Source: Octopus bimaculoides (lineage: Eukaryota). Taken from it: 64,000 nt of DNA. The stretch spans positions 10,140,712 through 10,204,711 of the forward strand of contig NC_068988.1 of NCBI RefSeq assembly GCF_001194135.2. Direction: 5' to 3'. The position numbers were made by a program, and so were the translations under genes. Below, piece after piece: positions 27,811 to 41,712 of this stretch. Numbering within the stretch: the stretch's first letter is position 1; each line of letters begins with the position of its first letter. A model generated the notes under the pieces. That model ran no database searches and was not told where the DNA came from. It saw only the letters and a program-made list of their open reading frames with translations.

Positions 27811-28152
27811 TTTCTGGTGATAATTTCATATGTCATACCCTGGTGTACATGCATATATCCTGAGAGAAATTGGAGAAACTAAAATGATATTGAATAATGT
27901 TGGATTTATTGTACCAATAAGACCAAAAGTTAGACTTTCAGACTTGATGTGTCTCGCAGAGGTCGTTTCCAAGTTTTGAAGTCATTTTGATATCTTCAGG
28001 TCCTCCTCTCCTCCTTGTTCTACACTTTTCTCTACTGTTTCCTATTGGAGATTGTCGATCCGATAAATTCGTACGTAGGGAAAGTAAGGCAAAAAAGCTT
28101 CATTAAAATTTAAAATGTTTAATTACTTTTCATAGCCACCATCCTACAGTTG

Positions 28153-28195
<43 letters not shown>

Positions 28196-28477
28196 CAATA
28201 TTGATTTGCTTGGAATACACATGGAGATCTAACATTTTGTGAGATATATAATTTAGTATTTATGATGTGAATACATTTCGATGACAATTAGTCATTATAT
28301 ATATTGTGTGGAATCTATTGATAAATAACTTTACACATGAGTCAAGCAGTTATTGCCAATATCTCTCTCCAATAGCTTAGATACAAGTCTTCATTGTCCA
28401 TTTTAATAAATCACAATAATGTTGTTGAAGTATGTTTCATAATATCTCAAACTTGCATAAACATACAAACACGTACA

Positions 28478-28538
28478 CACGACCTGTTCACTAACATAAT
28501 TCCGTGCAGCACGGAAATTTGTCAGTGATCAGGTCGTG
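28478..28538. repeat. 61-bp near-perfect palindrome (30-bp arms, 26/30 complementary, 1-nt centre)
   Basis: CACGACCTGTTCACTAACATAATTCCGTGC-A-GCACGGAAATTTGTCAGTGATCAGGTCGTG; a solo arm occurs at 29834-29861. Confidence 0.9.
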
Positions 28539-28636
28539 GTCTCAAAGCGATGAAAATATTGTGGCAAATTAAATTTAAATGTTGAAGTGAATCTAGCGGT
28601 CTTTGTTTGCTTTGAAACGGTTTATAAACACGCTGC

Positions 28637-28667
<31 letters not shown>

Positions 28668-30567
28668 TATNNNNNNNNNNNNNNNNNNNNNNNNNNNNNN
28701 NNNNNNNNNNNNNNNNNNNNNNNNNNNNNNNNNNNNNNNNNNNNNNNNNNNNNNNNNNNNNNNNNNNNNNNNNNNNNNNNNNNNNNNNNNNNNNNNNNNN
28801 NNNNNNNNNNNNNNNNNNNNNNNNNNNNNNNNNNNNNNNNNNNNNNNNNNNNNNNNNNNATATGTATGTATGTATGTATATATGTATTTGTGTGTCAGTG
28901 TGTGTGTCCCCAACATCGTTTGATGATCTTTGTGTGTTTATATCCCCGTAAATTACTGTTTCGGCAAATCGTACCGGAAGAATACCTAATAGAGTTATAA
29001 GTGCAGGTCTCATTTTTTGTCGGGTAAAATTATGTAATGCGATAATGGAACATGGCCTCCGCCTGGTGATTGAAACTAGTAAGATGTAAACATTCGCATG
29101 AAGTGTATACAATACGAAGTCACGATTCAAATTTTAGAAAACGTCTCACTACGGACCAATATTGCTTCAAAACATCCATAATACCGTATAGTACATAGAA
29201 CGAGTTCCTCTGCTCCATCACGTTTTCCACTGTCCTTAATAAGTTAGAATATGACCTTCAGTGAGAACTCTGCTATTGAATACGTAACCAGTTACATTCT
29301 TAAACCCCTATTGCAAAAATGATAAAAGTTTGGTCCTTCCAACTGAATTGTGTCAAAGCTTCCATTCTCTACGAAAGAATGAACATAAGATTCTTGGTTA
29401 TTGATTTTGTTTGCAGTAAAGACTTACCCGGGCTCCGTCTGGAACGATTTCACCCGATCTGTTCACATAAATTTTTTGTTTTCCTTTTCTTTCTTGTTTT
29501 TCTAATGAGACGCTTTTCAGTGGTTTAAATAGCACATGAATAACATCATGAACACTCGCATGATTGCTCTTATATGAGACTATTTTGTGATTTACAGCGA
29601 ACAGATCTAAAACGAGGAAGTTTACTAGCAATATTTGTTGTTGGATCATTATATCATATGAAGCATATGTTAAGCCACAACGCATTTTTTTTATTCAATA
29701 TATATATTATTTCCATACAACAACAATTGCAGCGTGAAGGTGTTTATAAACCATTAAAAACAGACAAAAACTCTTAGATTCACTTCAATATATAAATTTA
29801 ATTTGTCAAAATATTTTTGTCACTTTCATACTGCGACCTGTTCACTGACAAACGTCCGTGCTACCAAACGGTAACATAGTAACAAAGGTAAACGTCAGTA
29901 CATGCTGTTCTTTGCAACTCTACGGTGTAAATCCTAAAAACTCAAAGAAGAAATTTAAGCACACCATAGGGCTCTTTACGTTTTCACTTCAAATTTTGTT
30001 CATATCATCCAATGTTAACTGTGCCTTTCAACACTTCAAATTGATTTAAATCTAATCGAATTCTCCTCTCTCTGCAATATTGCTGGATTTCAAACAAGCA
30101 AATGGATAGGCGTCGAGTTCAGGAGAATGTTCTGATCTTGGTCATTCATATGCGCTGGAAATCGGCCACAATCCTTATCCTTCTAGGACACAAGAAAAGA
30201 AACACAAACAATCAACAGCTACAACTGAATCAGCATTAGTTGCTTTTATGTGATATATGTAAATTTTAAGATTTAGATACGTTCAAACATTGTACATTTT
30301 GCCGGGATTTTCAGTTACTTTGATCATCGTCCCATAGAAATATATTGAAGGGTGAAAATTCAATGAGAATAGTGACAAATATAAGCAAACATTAACTACA
30401 ACCGTGCACATAGATGCAGCTTAACGTATTAAAATAAAAAAAAAACCGGAGTTGTTATTTGCGAATTATTGGACTTGGGAAGGAAAAATTTTCACCTTCA
30501 CTTAGGTTCATGATTATTTCATTACAGAAGAATACACATGCACAAATGTGTGTGTATATATGCATAC

Positions 30568-30630
<63 letters not shown>

Positions 30631-30814
30631 TGTGTGTCTGCGTGTGTGTGTGTGCGTGCGTGTATGTGTGTGTGTGCGCGTGTGTGCATGTGTGTTTGTG
30701 TTTCTATGTCTGTGTGTAAACATAGATACATTTGTATATATGTATCTAATGTACTCTAAAGTTTACAGTACTACTTGAACATGGATGCTTGCATATAAAT
30801 CGTGTTTTATAACA

Positions 30815-30848
<34 letters not shown>

Positions 30849-31450
30849 ATTACACACACAGGCGCACATGCACGAGCGTACACACGTACACACACATACA
30901 TATACACACATATATAAATAGAAAGCATCCCTTTGTTTTGCAATTTTCAAGTTTGTTTCTCAGCTTTACTTTAATTCTACTTTGTGTTCCTTTGCATTAA
31001 AGCTTCATAGATTAGTAATATAAAATACATCACTGCATTTCTACCGTTTATTTTTCATTTAATCGTATTGCGTTGCATGTTTAATAAAAAAAAAGGAGAG
31101 ATAATTTCTCTCGTGTGTTGGGCCATAAAACGAAATTTCAAGAATGCGTTGAATCCAGTCATATTCAGCGAACCGATTTTATTCGCAACTTGTCAAAACA
31201 AATCAGAATACAAAAATACAAAAACAAAAGCAGAAATTTAATATATTCTACATTAAGAGAACAGATTTATCAGTTGGCTGGATTCCAATGTACATTTACA
31301 TATACACTTAGAACAGAGAACTTTGTCACTTTCGAAGCCATCAATCGTCCTTGTAAGTAGCGTGCACAGCGACATTTGAAGTGTGCACAGAAATTCATGC
31401 ATAAATACATACAGAGAATTAAGCATGTGTGCGTGTGTGAGTGTGTGTGT

Positions 31451-31483
<33 letters not shown>

Positions 31484-31553
31484 TTCGAAAGGCGGCTAAA
31501 CACGCTCAAATGCACATACTTGTTTGTGTGTGTACATATATATAGATATATGC

Positions 31554-31599
<46 letters not shown>

Positions 31600-31979
31600 A
31601 TATNNNNNNNNNNNNNNNNNNNNNNNNNNNNNNNNNNNNNNNNNNNNNNNNNNNNNNNNNNNNNNNNNNNNNNNNNNNNNNNNNNNNNNNNNNNNNNNNN
31701 NNNNNNNNNNNNNNNNNNNNNNNNNNNNNNNNNNNNNNNNNNNNNNNNNNNNNNNNNNNNNNNNNNNNNNNNNNNNNNNNNNNNNNNNNNNNNNNNNNNN
31801 NNNNNNNNNNNNNNNNNNNNNNNNNNNNNNNNNNNNNNNNNNNNNNNNNNNNNNNNNNNNNNNNNNNNNNNNNNNNNNNNNNNNNNNNNNNNNNNNNNNN
31901 NNNNNNNNNNNNNNNNNNNNNNNNNNNNNNNNNNNNNNNNNNNNNNNNNNNNNNNNNNNNNNNNNNNNNNNNNNNNNNN

Positions 31980-32027
<48 letters not shown>

Positions 32028-32689
32028 TTAATCATCTGTATATGTTCATACACACTCAGAAACACACCTAGAGATACACACATACAAACACACACGCACA
32101 CATATATGTGTATACAAGTGTGCTCATGACACGTTATTGTTTACAAAATTATTTGTACTTATGAAAACATAACTCTGTAATTATATTTCTTACTAATGAA
32201 TGTAAATAATTCATAGCTCATAGTTCTTTTTTTTTTTATTCCAGCATATATAATGTTCCGAAGTCTTTAGTCATACCTATTTGTCTCTTAAAATCTATTT
32301 ACTTATTTATTTCCTATTTCTGAAGATTTTGCTAAACTTCAATCAAATCTGAAGACGCAGAAATTATCATTCTTCGTTGTGATCGTCCACAAACCTGTGA
32401 TTGCAACTAATTGAAACAATTTCCGCATGATCACAGACAGTATAGTCGCACTAGATATGGCTTTTCTATCATTTCAGTCCCTTTTGCAAAATTTCATTAT
32501 TGTGCTTATTTACATTTTAACCGTCTCTATCCACCCCTCTCTCCAGACATCATTTTGTTTTGTGTCATTTTGTCTATTATGCATTGTATCTCATTTTTCT
32601 ATCGTTCATTTCCCTAATGCTACTACTTTCTTTTCGAGTTCACCTAAATTACTATATAAATACATACTTTCATATTTACACACACACAC

Positions 32690-32720
<31 letters not shown>

Positions 32721-33164
32721 CANNNNNNNNNNNNNNNNNNNNNNNNNNNNNNNNNNNNNNNNNNNNNNNNNNNNNNNNNNNNNNNNNNNNNNNNNNNNNN
32801 NNNNNNNNNNNNNNNNNNNNNNNNNNNNNNNNNNNNNNNNNNNNNNNNNNNNNNNNNNNNNNNNNNNNNNNNNNNNNNNNNNNNNNNNNNNNNNNNNNNN
32901 NNNNNNNNNNNNNNNNNNNNNNNNNNNNNNNNNNNNNNNNNNNNNNNNNNNNNNNNNNNNNNNNNNNNNNNNNNNNNNNNNNNNNNNNNNNNNNNNNNNN
33001 NNNNNNNNNNNNNNNNNNNNNNNNNNNNNNNNNNNNNNNNNNNNNNNNNNNNNNNNNNNNNNNNNNNNNNNNNNNNNNNNNNNNNNNNNNNNNNNNNNNN
33101 NNNNNNNNNNNNNNNNNNNNNNNNNNNNNNNNATGTATGACGGGCTTCTTTCAGCTTCAGTCTA

Positions 33165-33606
33165 ACAGTTCCAGTCAAAAATCCTCTGGGATTTTGATTT
33201 CCAAACAGACAAAGTGTTAGAGCAGCGAACGCCCGATATTGTAACCTTTAGGAGGGACCAACAAGAACGCCTAATAATCGACGTAGCAGTGCCAGGAGAT
33301 CAACACATTGGGATCGCTAACATGTGACAACTACATAAGTCGAACATAATGTTTATCCCTATTGTCATCGGAACATTGGGTTCAATAACACCCAATCTGA
33401 AAAAGAAAAACATTGGAAACCTTAGAAATACCCTACAATCTAGATGTATTGCAAAAGTCGGCATTACTTGGAACTGCATGCATATTGCATAGAGTATTGT
33501 CTGTCTGAGGTCCTTGTTATGAATTGACAAACAGTACAAAACCCCGGTAGACATATCTTCAATGAACAACCTCACGATATTTTATACTGTAGGACGTCTA
33601 TAATAA

Positions 33607-33607
<1 letters not shown>
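33165..33607 (+). mobile_element. R4/Dong-type LINE 3' fragment (RLE endonuclease domain), different subfamily from 53976-54960
   Basis: KILWDFDFQTDKVLEQRTPDIVTFRRDQQERLIIDVAVPGDQHI (PD...D catalytic motif), then FIPIVIGTLGSITPNL and VLQKSALLGTACILHRVLSV* (stop at 33506-33508). A short 3' UTR runs into (ACT)n(AAT)n. Confidence 0.85.
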
Positions 33608-33677
<70 letters not shown>

Positions 33678-33870
33678 ATAATAATAATAATAATAATAAT
33701 AACAACAACAGCAGCAACAATAATGGCAACAATAACAACAACAACAATAATCATAATAATAATAATAGCAATAATGATAATAATAATGATGATGATGTTG
33801 ATAATAATTATGATAATAATAACAACGATAACAACAACAGCCAGCAACTACAACAATAACAACACTGAAT
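33608..33870. repeat. Compound microsatellite (ACT)n-(AAT)n-(AAC/AGC/GAT) degenerate
   Basis: Directly visible. Confidence 0.95.
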
Positions 33871-35431
33871 AAAGGAATAACGAAACAACATTCTTTAGAA
33901 AGCAAAAATATCTAGAGTTTTCTACAGATTTTCTATAGAACATATAAAAATAATTCACGTATAAAAGTGCAAAAACGTAACAGATTACAAAGAAAACATG
34001 ACATAATACAACAAACACGCATTCACAATATAATCAAACGATATGGAATACTATAAATATTACATCGAACATAACAAGGAAGACATAACAGGGAATAAAT
34101 GATGAGGTAGAAAATTTGAGAAAGAAGTAAAGGAACAATTCCTCAGAAATAACACAGGAATAAGTACGGGCAACAGATATATATAGGGTTCTATATATGG
34201 AGATGTGAATAACGTGAACAAAGAAGTTTAATTGAGCATAAAACAAGAAGCCAATAATGCCGAACATCCATATATTACGCGAGGAAAGGAGCAAATGTTG
34301 GATACTTGAATGGTTTTTGGATGTGGATTCCCTGTCTGTTCCGGAATGGAACGTTCGTGAGTTCGAAAATGAATTTCAACTTGAAATTGTTATATGATAC
34401 GTGAGGAGAAGGTATAAAAGATGTTGCATGTAACGCAATTTGCGCACGCATTAACCCCCCCCCACCAAACACAAACACACACACACACACAAACACACAC
34501 AAGTATATATACATGGCTGCGCATGTAGCATGCGTATATAGATAGATACGTACAGACACAGAGGTGTATATATATATGTATGTATATATANNNNNNNNNN
34601 NNNNNNNNNNNNNNNNNNNNNNNNNNNNNNNNNNNNNNNNNNNNNNNNNNNNNNNNNNNNNNNNNNNNNNNNNNNNNNNNNNNNNNNNNNNNNNNNNNNN
34701 NNNNNNNNNNNNNNNNNNNNNNNNNNNNNNNNNNNNNNNNNNNNNNNNNNNNNNNNNNNNNNNNNNNNNNNNNNNNNNNNNNNNNNNNNNNNNNNNNNNN
34801 NNNNNNNNNNNNNNNNNNNNNNNNNNNNNNNNNNNNNNNNNNNNNNNNNNNNNNNNNNNNNNNNNNNNNNNNNNNNNNNNNNNNNNNNNNNNNNNNNNNN
34901 NNNNNNNNNNNNNNNNNNNNNNNNNNNNNNNNNNNNNNNNNNNNNNNNNNNNNNNNNNNNNNNNNNNNNNNNNNNNNNNNNNNNNNNNNNNNNNNNNNNN
35001 NNNNNNNNNNNNNNNNNNNNNNNNNNNNNNNNNNNNNNNNNNNNNNNNNNNNNNNNNNNNNNNNNNNNNNNNNNNNNNNNNNNNNNNNNNNNNNNNNNNN
35101 NNNNNNNNNNNNNNNNNNNNNNNNNNNNNNNNNNNNNNNNNNNNNNNNNNNNNNNNNNNNNNNNNNNNNNNNNNNNNNNNNNNNNNNNNNNNNNNNNNNN
35201 NNNNNNNNNNNNNNNNNNNNNNNNNNNNNNNNNNNNNNNNNNNNNNNNNNNNNNNNNNNNNNNNNNNNNNNNNNNNNNNNNNNNNNNNNNNNNNNNNNNN
35301 NNNNNNNNNNNNNNNNNNNNNNNNNNNNNNNNNNNNNNNNNNNNNNNNNNNNNNNNNNNNNNNNNNNNNNNNNNNNNNNNNNNNNNNNNNNNNNNNNNNN
35401 NNNNNNNNNNNNNNNNNNNNNNNNNNNNNNN

Positions 35432-35476
<45 letters not shown>

Positions 35477-36338
35477 ACAGACATAAGAAGTAGAACAAGC
35501 CTGTATTTTATTTGTTGAAAGCATGGAGCAAAGCGCACCGCGTAGGGATTTCAGTTCATTCAGCAGTCATTCGCCGTGTGATTGTGCAAATTCAGTTTAT
35601 TAAAACGTTACTTATATTTTGATCCCGATGATATCCATATCAAAAAACGAGAATCTCATTTCAAACGCTACATAGCATGAATTATTCGTATGCGGACAGA
35701 ACACAACAGTAAATCAACAGTATCAAAGATGATGACTATATAACAACAAGAGAAGCAGCGAAATAGAACCTAAAGCAATGTAAATCCAACATTGTATCGA
35801 AACACCTTTTTTTTCTGAGGCATTTGCATATATCCTCGATCACAACTGTAGAACTGACAGTGTTGTACAAAACTTGCATAAAAGAATGTTAACAAATAAA
35901 TCGTAGGAATCGGAAAGGTAGAAAGCAAGAAAAGAACACTAGGTGAACTTGATGATACTGAAGGGGATGTAGGGGAATAGAAGGAGGTGGAACAGGTAGA
36001 AAAAGAAGTGCCTCTGGTTCTTTCTCATGAACAGATGACTGTATTCCGTATGTATCAGATATGTATCGAAATAGTGTCATGACGAATATTTCATTTTTAT
36101 TGATTCATTTCAGATTAACGGCAAAATTTAAGGCGTGATTTGAATCAAAAACAGAAATGAAAAACGTAGAAATAAATGTAAACAAAAAAAAAATCTACAA
36201 AATATGTAGACACCACTGAAGCTCAGTTTAGCCGGCGTGGTTCCTGTTGGTATTCTATGTCGGCTCCATGATGACATGTTCTGCTGCAGTAGGTATAACA
36301 ACAGCAGCAGCAACAACAACTGCAATAACAACAGCAAG

Positions 36339-36390
<52 letters not shown>

Positions 36391-36469
36391 ACGTAAAAAA
36401 GTCTTTGCGTTCATAAGAAAGGTGGAATAGAATTAAGCCACACTTATCCATGAATCTTTAAAGCGTGAT

Positions 36470-37202
36470 GGGCTACACAATCTGTCAAAATATAACTGGT
36501 CTCCTTTCCCTGCAGAGCCATGCGCAGTTTGTCTTCATATGAGATCACCATGTCACGCACATACGTTTGTGATGCATGTTACTGGTGTACCCTTATAAGA
36601 CAGTAGTCTTTATGAGTATGTTGCCAGTCATATATTTGTATCCCAGGGTCACATCGATGGAGTATGCTTCTCTAATTCATTATTTTATATTATTAAGTTA
36701 GAGAACAGTCCATACCATCAAAGTAACGCTGGGATAAAATATACGAAGCCCCGTATAACCACCATGACTACCAATCTGATAAGCTTCCACCAGTTACATG
36801 CATCACAGCCATATGTGCACGACGTGGTTATCTTATATCAAGATAAACAGGGCGTAACTTTGCTGGTGGAGTCCAGTTAGAATTGTTGTCATGTTGCTCA
36901 AAAGGTCCCTGAATAAGGTTTGATGTTTGTTTAAGGATGGCGAAGAAAACAGAATTCCTCGCAACACATATGATGCTCCCCACTATTCCTGCTCGTGATA
37001 AGAGATGCATATATCATCATCCACTACGGGACTTGCTCAACGGCTTATGGTCAAACGGCTGACAAGCAAATTTCTGATATTGAGCACAGTATTTTCTATA
37101 GCACCTCTTTTATACCAAGACAAAACTTTCACATGATAACACTTCCAAGAACTTAAGATCAGAAACCCTGAGAGCCGGTCCCTGGTATTTCATCGGGGCA
37201 TC

Positions 37203-37203
<1 letters not shown>
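36470..37203 (+). mobile_element. Unclassified retroposon-like repeat ending ...ATCGGGGCATCT-(ATT)n
   Basis: Relatively GC-rich noncoding block that terminates in a simple-repeat tail. The terminal motif ATAACACTTCCAA...TAAGATCAGAA...CCTGGTA...GGGCAT(ATT)n resembles an octopus repeat I recall but cannot verify. The 5' boundary is uncertain. Confidence 0.4.
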
Positions 37204-37266
<63 letters not shown>

Positions 37267-37570
37267 GTTCAGTAGTTTTATTTTTATAACGTGCTTTCAC
37301 TTCACTACCGAGCGCAGCTCTGTGCGCCTTGGGTATGTGCTGTGGTTTGCTGTGGTGCTCTTATGTTTACTGTATTGAAAGTGTTTTGCGTAGGATGTGT
37401 GCAGTGCCTAGTAATGCTATTTTCTGTATGTTATATATATTTGTAAGTCCTGGTGTTTTTGTTATGTATTTGTCTGAATATTTTTTTTATTATACCTAAG
37501 GCACCTACTATGATAGGAATTGTTTCTGTTTTTAGACTCCACATTCGAGTTATCTCTATTTCCAGGTCTT
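37267..37570 (-). mobile_element. R4/Dong-type LINE 3' fragment, truncated by a gap
   Basis: Minus strand DLEIEITRMWSLKTETIPIIVGALG...IQKIALLGTAHILRKTL. The 3' UTR is nearly collinear with 53976-54270 and ends ...ACTACTGA|ACAATAATAAT. Confidence 0.88.
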
Positions 37571-37655
37571 NNNNNNNNNNNNNNNNNNNNNNNNNNNNNN
37601 NNNNNNNNNNNNNNNNNNNNNNNNNNNNNNNNNNNNNNNNNNNNNNNNGGGCATC

Positions 37656-37721
<66 letters not shown>

Positions 37722-38180
37722 CATTATTATTATTATTCTTAAGGTAATAATAATATTAATAATAATAATAATAATAATAATTTTAATAATAATGATAATA
37801 TCAATAATCGATGTGCTTATGGTGATGCCCAGTATGTCTTGTATTTGAGAAGGTAAGCACTTATCTCAGCGATATACGAATGTTTTATCTTGTAAGTCAA
37901 TCAAGCGTGCAGAACCCATCACCTTGTGACCAATGTTTATGTTGGGGAAGGTGCTGATAGCAATCGTTATGTCGCAAAAATTGTGGTAAAAGATAAATGT
38001 CATCATAATAATGTACAAAATAATAGATTAATTCGACAACCTAACAAAATTGTAACGAAACATAATTTCATGCATTCGATTTTTTAAAACTTTCATTTTG
38101 TTTTTAATTTTTCTAAATATACGCATGTGTGTGTGTGTGTGTTTGCGTGTGCGTGTGCGTGTATTTGTGTAAGTGAGTGT

Positions 38181-38228
<48 letters not shown>

Positions 38229-38432
38229 ATACATATATATATATATACATACGCATATATATATAGATATGTATGTGGGGTATGTATATATATGTTTATA
38301 CATGAATATATATATATACATATATAAGCATATATAGAAACATACACCCTCCTACACACATATCTATATATATATGTGCATATTCACACACCTATATATA
38401 TGCAAATGATATATATGTATACGTCTATATAC

Positions 38433-38483
<51 letters not shown>

Positions 38484-39045
38484 TATATATAATGTATGTA
38501 TGTAGGTATGTATGTAAAGCTTATATATGTAATTGTTTTTATAAAAAACATAATCTCAGACAGTAAATAACAAAAACTGAAAGCAAAAATCAAACAAAAG
38601 CGGTTATTGAATATAACACAATCTCATATTTGGACGTTGCGTCTTATTTTACGACTCATTTCTCTTCGTAAGATGGTTTGATTAAATTTCATTACGAATA
38701 ACATATATTGTTCTTTTACTAAGCTAGCGTTTAAATGCTCTTTTATTTGACATAGATCGATGGCTACAAAGTTAATTTATTGATTGATTCCATTCCTTTT
38801 CACATTCTTTATACGTCTTCGTTTTTGCGCTTACTTATTTTCGCTCGAATACTATATAGTTTACAGTCAATAATCTAATGAGAAACTAGATATAACACTT
38901 CTCTGATATTTCATAGATAAATATTGAAAATGGTCAGTTTATGAAAGTGAAAGTAAAGACGGGAAGCAGGATAGTTTTACAACAATTTTGGCGGGTGTAG
39001 TTTCATAATTTCGATTTAAATCTGTGCGAGTTTACCCATATGATC

Positions 39046-39260
39046 TTAACCATTTGGTTAAGATTACTATGTCAAATGTTATGCTTATATTGTCATACGG
39101 TTTTGAATTATCTTGTAGCTTGAAGAATTTGATGATGTGACTGTTACATTTTAAAGTAACAATGTAAGCTAGATATGAGAAGCAGGATCTGTTTGATTTG
39201 AAAAGAAAACATTTGGATGATTTTGGCCGGATATATCCGGTTTAAATGCTAAAGGTTTAT
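39046..39260. mobile_element. Degenerate MITE-like element, possibly piggyBac-type (TTAA-CC...GG-TTWA)
   Basis: Starts TTAACCATTT and ends AAATGCTAAAGGTTTA. The TIRs are only partly complementary in this copy, and the family assignment rests on recall. Confidence 0.3.
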
Positions 39261-40249
39261 AATGAGGTGGGATACAGTTGACGTCCTAGGAATGTAAAGG
39301 TCATTGTATATAGTCGAGCCCTAACTACAAATAGCAGTGACATATTAGATAAATTACCTCATCCTAATGCACAAAATAGAGGTAATAGACATAATATTTT
39401 TATTAATTGTAGCAGCAGCTATATGTCTCATAGGCATTACTGTCTTGAGTTCTAGCACTCACAGCGTCGGTTACCTGAATTAATACGACGTATATGATCC
39501 CCAAACCCCAATATTTACTTGCAGTGTTACTCATTTAATATTTAGTAGATTGGAGCAACTGAAAATAAAGTGTTGAACTCAAAAAGACAACTCGTCAAGC
39601 AATCTTGCATTCGAAATTGTGATGTCGCGACCATGAGTGCAACGTCATATCCACTAGACCATCCAACGTTACGATGCAAAAATACAGCACTTAAAAAGGT
39701 GGGGGTGAATAACTTTACTGTCCTTGAAAACAGTTGGAAACTGATGGAATAATAATGCAGCGAACCACTTTAATCATATACCTACTTAATCAGCGTTTGC
39801 TTGGGTTTAAGCAACAATAACACAAACAGATTCGGAAAAGGAGTCTTTCCTTACTGAATTGTTAAGAGGATTTGTAATTTGTCAATCGATAAAATCATAT
39901 ATGTAATCAAAATCCTCGTTGAATGTTATCCAAACCACTCCTATTTTTGATTAATCCGCTTTTACATTATCGCTATTCTGTTAGCATCGATGTGTAATAG
40001 CCCACTGCTAAAAGGGGTTGATTTAATGCAAGCGTGGTAATTATTCACTATAATAGAAATTAGTGAGATGATATATATTAATGTTATGCAGGTAAATACG
40101 AAACAAGGATGAATCAACGAAATCATATGTATGCGGTCGTTGGAAATGCAGATAATTAAAAATCAAATCACCATAAAATCTTTCGCTAGAATCCAAGAAA
40201 ATTTGGGACACACTTGACAATTTACATCTGGTTGTAATTTAACTGAAAT

Positions 40250-40870
40250 CTAGGGAATATGTTCACGACGAGAATGCATGAACAAGCTGACACAAAGTAC
40301 GGTATCAACTGCCAACGTTATCTGGTGTAAAACTAGAATCGGTATATAGATCACTGCCTTATCCTGTCGACATAGTACCAAGATGCTTCAAATTCTTAAT
40401 GTCGTTAATAACAGTTTTCGGTTCACAATGGGATTTAGTCATAAAAAAGCACCCTTCTAAGACACTTGATTATAATGTATGACATGAATAGAGTGACCGA
40501 CATGTGCTACAAAACAGACTCTAAAGAATATCTACTGTTTACTTCATGCCACTCCAAACATATCAAATCAATCAAAAACTCCATTTAACATAGGCAGTAG
40601 AATGTGAGCAATTGACTCCAATCCAAATGTTCAGCATAACATGTCAAAAGAAAGAAAACCTACTTGAATTAAAACAAATTCTACTTGAAAGAAAGTATTT
40701 GTCTATTCTGATAGAGAATGCAATGGAACGCACAGATAGAATAGACATCGAAGAATAACGAAAAGACAGAGACAGTTCAGATGCGCCCAAATCTCTGTCA
40801 TTAGTTACTTCACAAAACATATTAAACAGAAACATTCACCATTATCCATCAGAACATGCCGTTATGGGTC
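40250..40870 (+). mobile_element. Penelope-like element (PLE) reverse-transcriptase relic
   Basis: RYIDHCLIL (40340; compare RYIDD), LNVVNNSFRFTMGFSHKKAPF*DT (compare IKFTME...PFLD), TDMCYKTDSKEYLLFTSCHSKH (40496; compare TDxYxKxTDxxxYLxxxSCHPxH) and LLELKQILLERKYLSILIENAMER. Disrupted by stops and frameshifts. Confidence 0.8.
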
Positions 40871-41712
40871 AAAACTTAAGAATGGAAAAGCCGTTTGAAT
40901 CGCAAAAGAAATATTCTAATGTAAACGGTAACCAAAATCCCTCAAACAACTACACACGTATGCGAAACTGCTCGTCATGCACATACGCATACACCAGGAC
41001 AAAAGAAATGTGCTCGTCCAGAATTATAAAACTGGTATAAATCTCATAATCCTTTTTTTGTGTCCGTTACTTATATTTTCTCTACTAAACCCCTATATTT
41101 CACATAGCATTCCATTGGCTTTGAACACACACGCACACACGCACACACATACACACACACAGACACACACATACATATCCAATCTATCCTGTAATCTTGA
41201 TGTCTATATAGACACCAAAATTTGCCGTTAAGTATATAAACTTGAGTACCGTAGTTACATCTCTCTATGAGATCACTGTAAGAATAACCAGCGCGGAAAG
41301 GCAGTCAATTAATGAAAGCGTTGTACAACCTTGGTGTCACATCACTGAAGATTTCCTTAAGTAAATCTCACACAAGAAATTTACTGCAGTTCTATATGCT
41401 ACATTCGTTATGTTTGAAGTAGGAAACGGCCAATAACCTCTCATTCCTTGTAATAAATTCTACCAAAATGATATAACTCTACATCAATTAGGTATCAAAC
41501 CGAATTTAAATCGGCTCTACATGGGGCTTACATAAGTTATAAACGATCAAACAAATGATTTTGTTATTTAAGTAGACATTTTACATTTGGTGTTCTCATT
41601 CCAGTACATTACAGTCCATACATTCCAATACACATGGAAATAAGCAAATAGATATGTGTTTAATGTGTATGTGTGTGTGTTTGTATTTGAGAATGTACGT
41701 GCGTGTGTGTGC

